This document shows, piece after piece, positions 62,180 through 64,000 of a stretch of 64,000 bases of DNA. The translations under genes were made by a program, and so were the position numbers. The notes beneath the pieces were generated by a model. That model saw only the letters and a list, made by a program, of their open reading frames with translations. It ran no database searches and had not been told where the DNA came from. How positions within the stretch are numbered: the stretch's first letter is position 1; the number at the start of each line of letters is the position of its first letter. The stretch covers positions 51,274,001 through 51,338,000 of the forward strand of contig NC_043010.1 of the NCBI RefSeq assembly GCF_006345805.1, in the 5' to 3' direction. The DNA is from Octopus sinensis. Lineage: Eukaryota.

Positions 62180-64000
62180 GGGATTCTTTTAGTTTCTGTC
62201 TACCAAATCCACTCAGAAGGCTTTGGTCAGCCAGAAGCTATTGTAAAAGACACGTTTGTCCAATGAGGCACAGTGGAACTGAACCCAGAACTGCATGGTT
62301 GGGAAGCAAACTTCTTAACTTCACAGCCATCAGTTTTATAAACTTATACTTAAATTATCTTAATGAAAATTAAATGCAGAAAGGAATTTTAACGAGCACT
62401 ACAATTTGTGCCATTCAATATTAATAATGATTTCTAACATAGGCAGAACATAACTATTTCATTGACTCTCAGAGGGATGAAAGACAAAGTCACCTTTAGG
62501 AGGATGTAAACTCAAAATGTAAAAACCCATAACTAAATGCCACAAGGCATTTTCCCCAATGTTAACAATTTGGCAACCCACAATCCTTTGCTAATTTTCA
62601 GCGTAAGGGCCAGAAATTTGTAGGGAAGAAAATATAATTAGCAGAACTGAGCCCAATATATTACTGGTACTTATTTTATATTAATCCCCCAAGGGATGAA
62701 AGATGAAGTCAATCCCAGTTGGAAATGAACTTAGAATGAAAAAATTTGTAAATAGATACCACAAAGTACTTCTTTCATCTGTCTTCTGTTTGTTCTATAT
62801 CAACTTGTCTGGTATGTATCTTATCAAACTAGGAAGATGACAGGCAGTTTGGTATTGTTAATAATAATAATAATAATAATCCTTTCTAATTTTTGGTACA
62901 AGGACAGCAATTTTTAAGGGACAGAGAAGTCAATTACATTGAACCTGGTGTTGAACTGGTAAGATATCTTATTGTCCCCAAAAGGATGAAAGGTAAAATC
63001 AACCTTGGTGGCACTGAAACTCAGAATGTAAAGAACCGGAAGGAATACCACTAAGCATTTTGTTTGATGTGCTAACAATTGTCATTGATAATTAGTCAGA
63101 TAATTAAATTATAAATTTTTCACATAAGATCCTAAAAACTGAAGACCTTAGTCACTCTATTGTGAAGTAAGTGGTCATACAGGAATAGTCATTTACAATA
63201 CAATGTCCAAAAATTTAATTACAATGTATTATAACAATCATATAGTAGCGCCGAGTTTGTCCGTCCATGGGATGCTTCTAGTTTCTGTAGTGCTAAGCAA
63301 ATGAGATAAATCTCTACTGTTAATTGTAATGAACTGGCAAGATTGTATCTATGGCAAGACGTATCAGAAAATGCTTCTTCACAAACCTGTTGTTGTTGTT
63401 ATTAAACCAATATCTACTTTAGTCAGGAATTCAAGAACAAAATGGTTACTGCAACCAGTGAGAGAATTTCTACAGGGTCTCTAAACCATTGAAACTAGTA
63501 CCATTGTCCAGCAATCTCCATAAAGTCTTTGAGAATGGAAGCTACATGATTTTAAGATGTAAACCTTAAAAAGTGGTATTTCAAAGACTTTAACCTTTAT
63601 TCAATATAAGACCAAATGATCCCAGCTATGATGCTAATGAAAGGGCTGTTGAATTCCCCCAATCATAATGGTCTCACCAACCCACCTGTCCTTTGTTTAG
63701 ATTTCCTAATGGATTCATACTGTCACAGGCTATCATTCTTCATTAGTATCATGGATCTACACAAGCAGTGCTGACTGCTGCCACAATAACAAGTCAATCC
63801 TGTAATCACTTTTCATCCATACAAGATGGAATACTCGGCACCATCAGCCATATTAAAATTGCGCCAATGCCAAACAAGAAGCTGCCACGTTATAGACAAA
63901 CTCACATGTATTGAAGGAATTTTGATGGGAAGTGAGTACAGTAGCTAACAGGATTGGTGGAGTATCCAGCAAACAGTTTAATTCTTTCACATTCGAATTA

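Overview
AT-rich, repeat-dense animal genomic DNA, almost certainly from an octopus/cephalopod (inferred from the tRNA-derived SINE families and abundant (TA)n/(TG)n microsatellites). One protein-coding gene is firmly supported: a plus-strand sideroflexin (SFXN1/3-like). Its 10 coding exons (29226-49933) splice with canonical GT-AG sites into a 981-nt ORF (326 aa + stop), and candidate 5' exons lie in a CpG-retaining region at about 16.3-18.5 kb. The rest is a stratified TE landscape: a full-length decayed mariner nested in an RTE LINE; RTE, CR1, R4/Dong and Penelope fragments; a maT-like transposase relic; piggyBac-, pogo-, hAT- and mariner-type MITEs; two Helitrons; and dozens of SINEs. I found no clearly new multi-gene system. 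The most unusual signals are (1) a 163-nt, 63% GC structured-RNA retrocopy with an A-tail and 13-bp TSD, (2) recurrent near-perfect fold-back palindromes anchored on (TA)n tracts, and (3) a candidate cassette 5' exon that would add an in-frame N-terminal extension to sideroflexin. TE boundaries are approximate unless termini are quoted, and family names are from recognition, not database searches.
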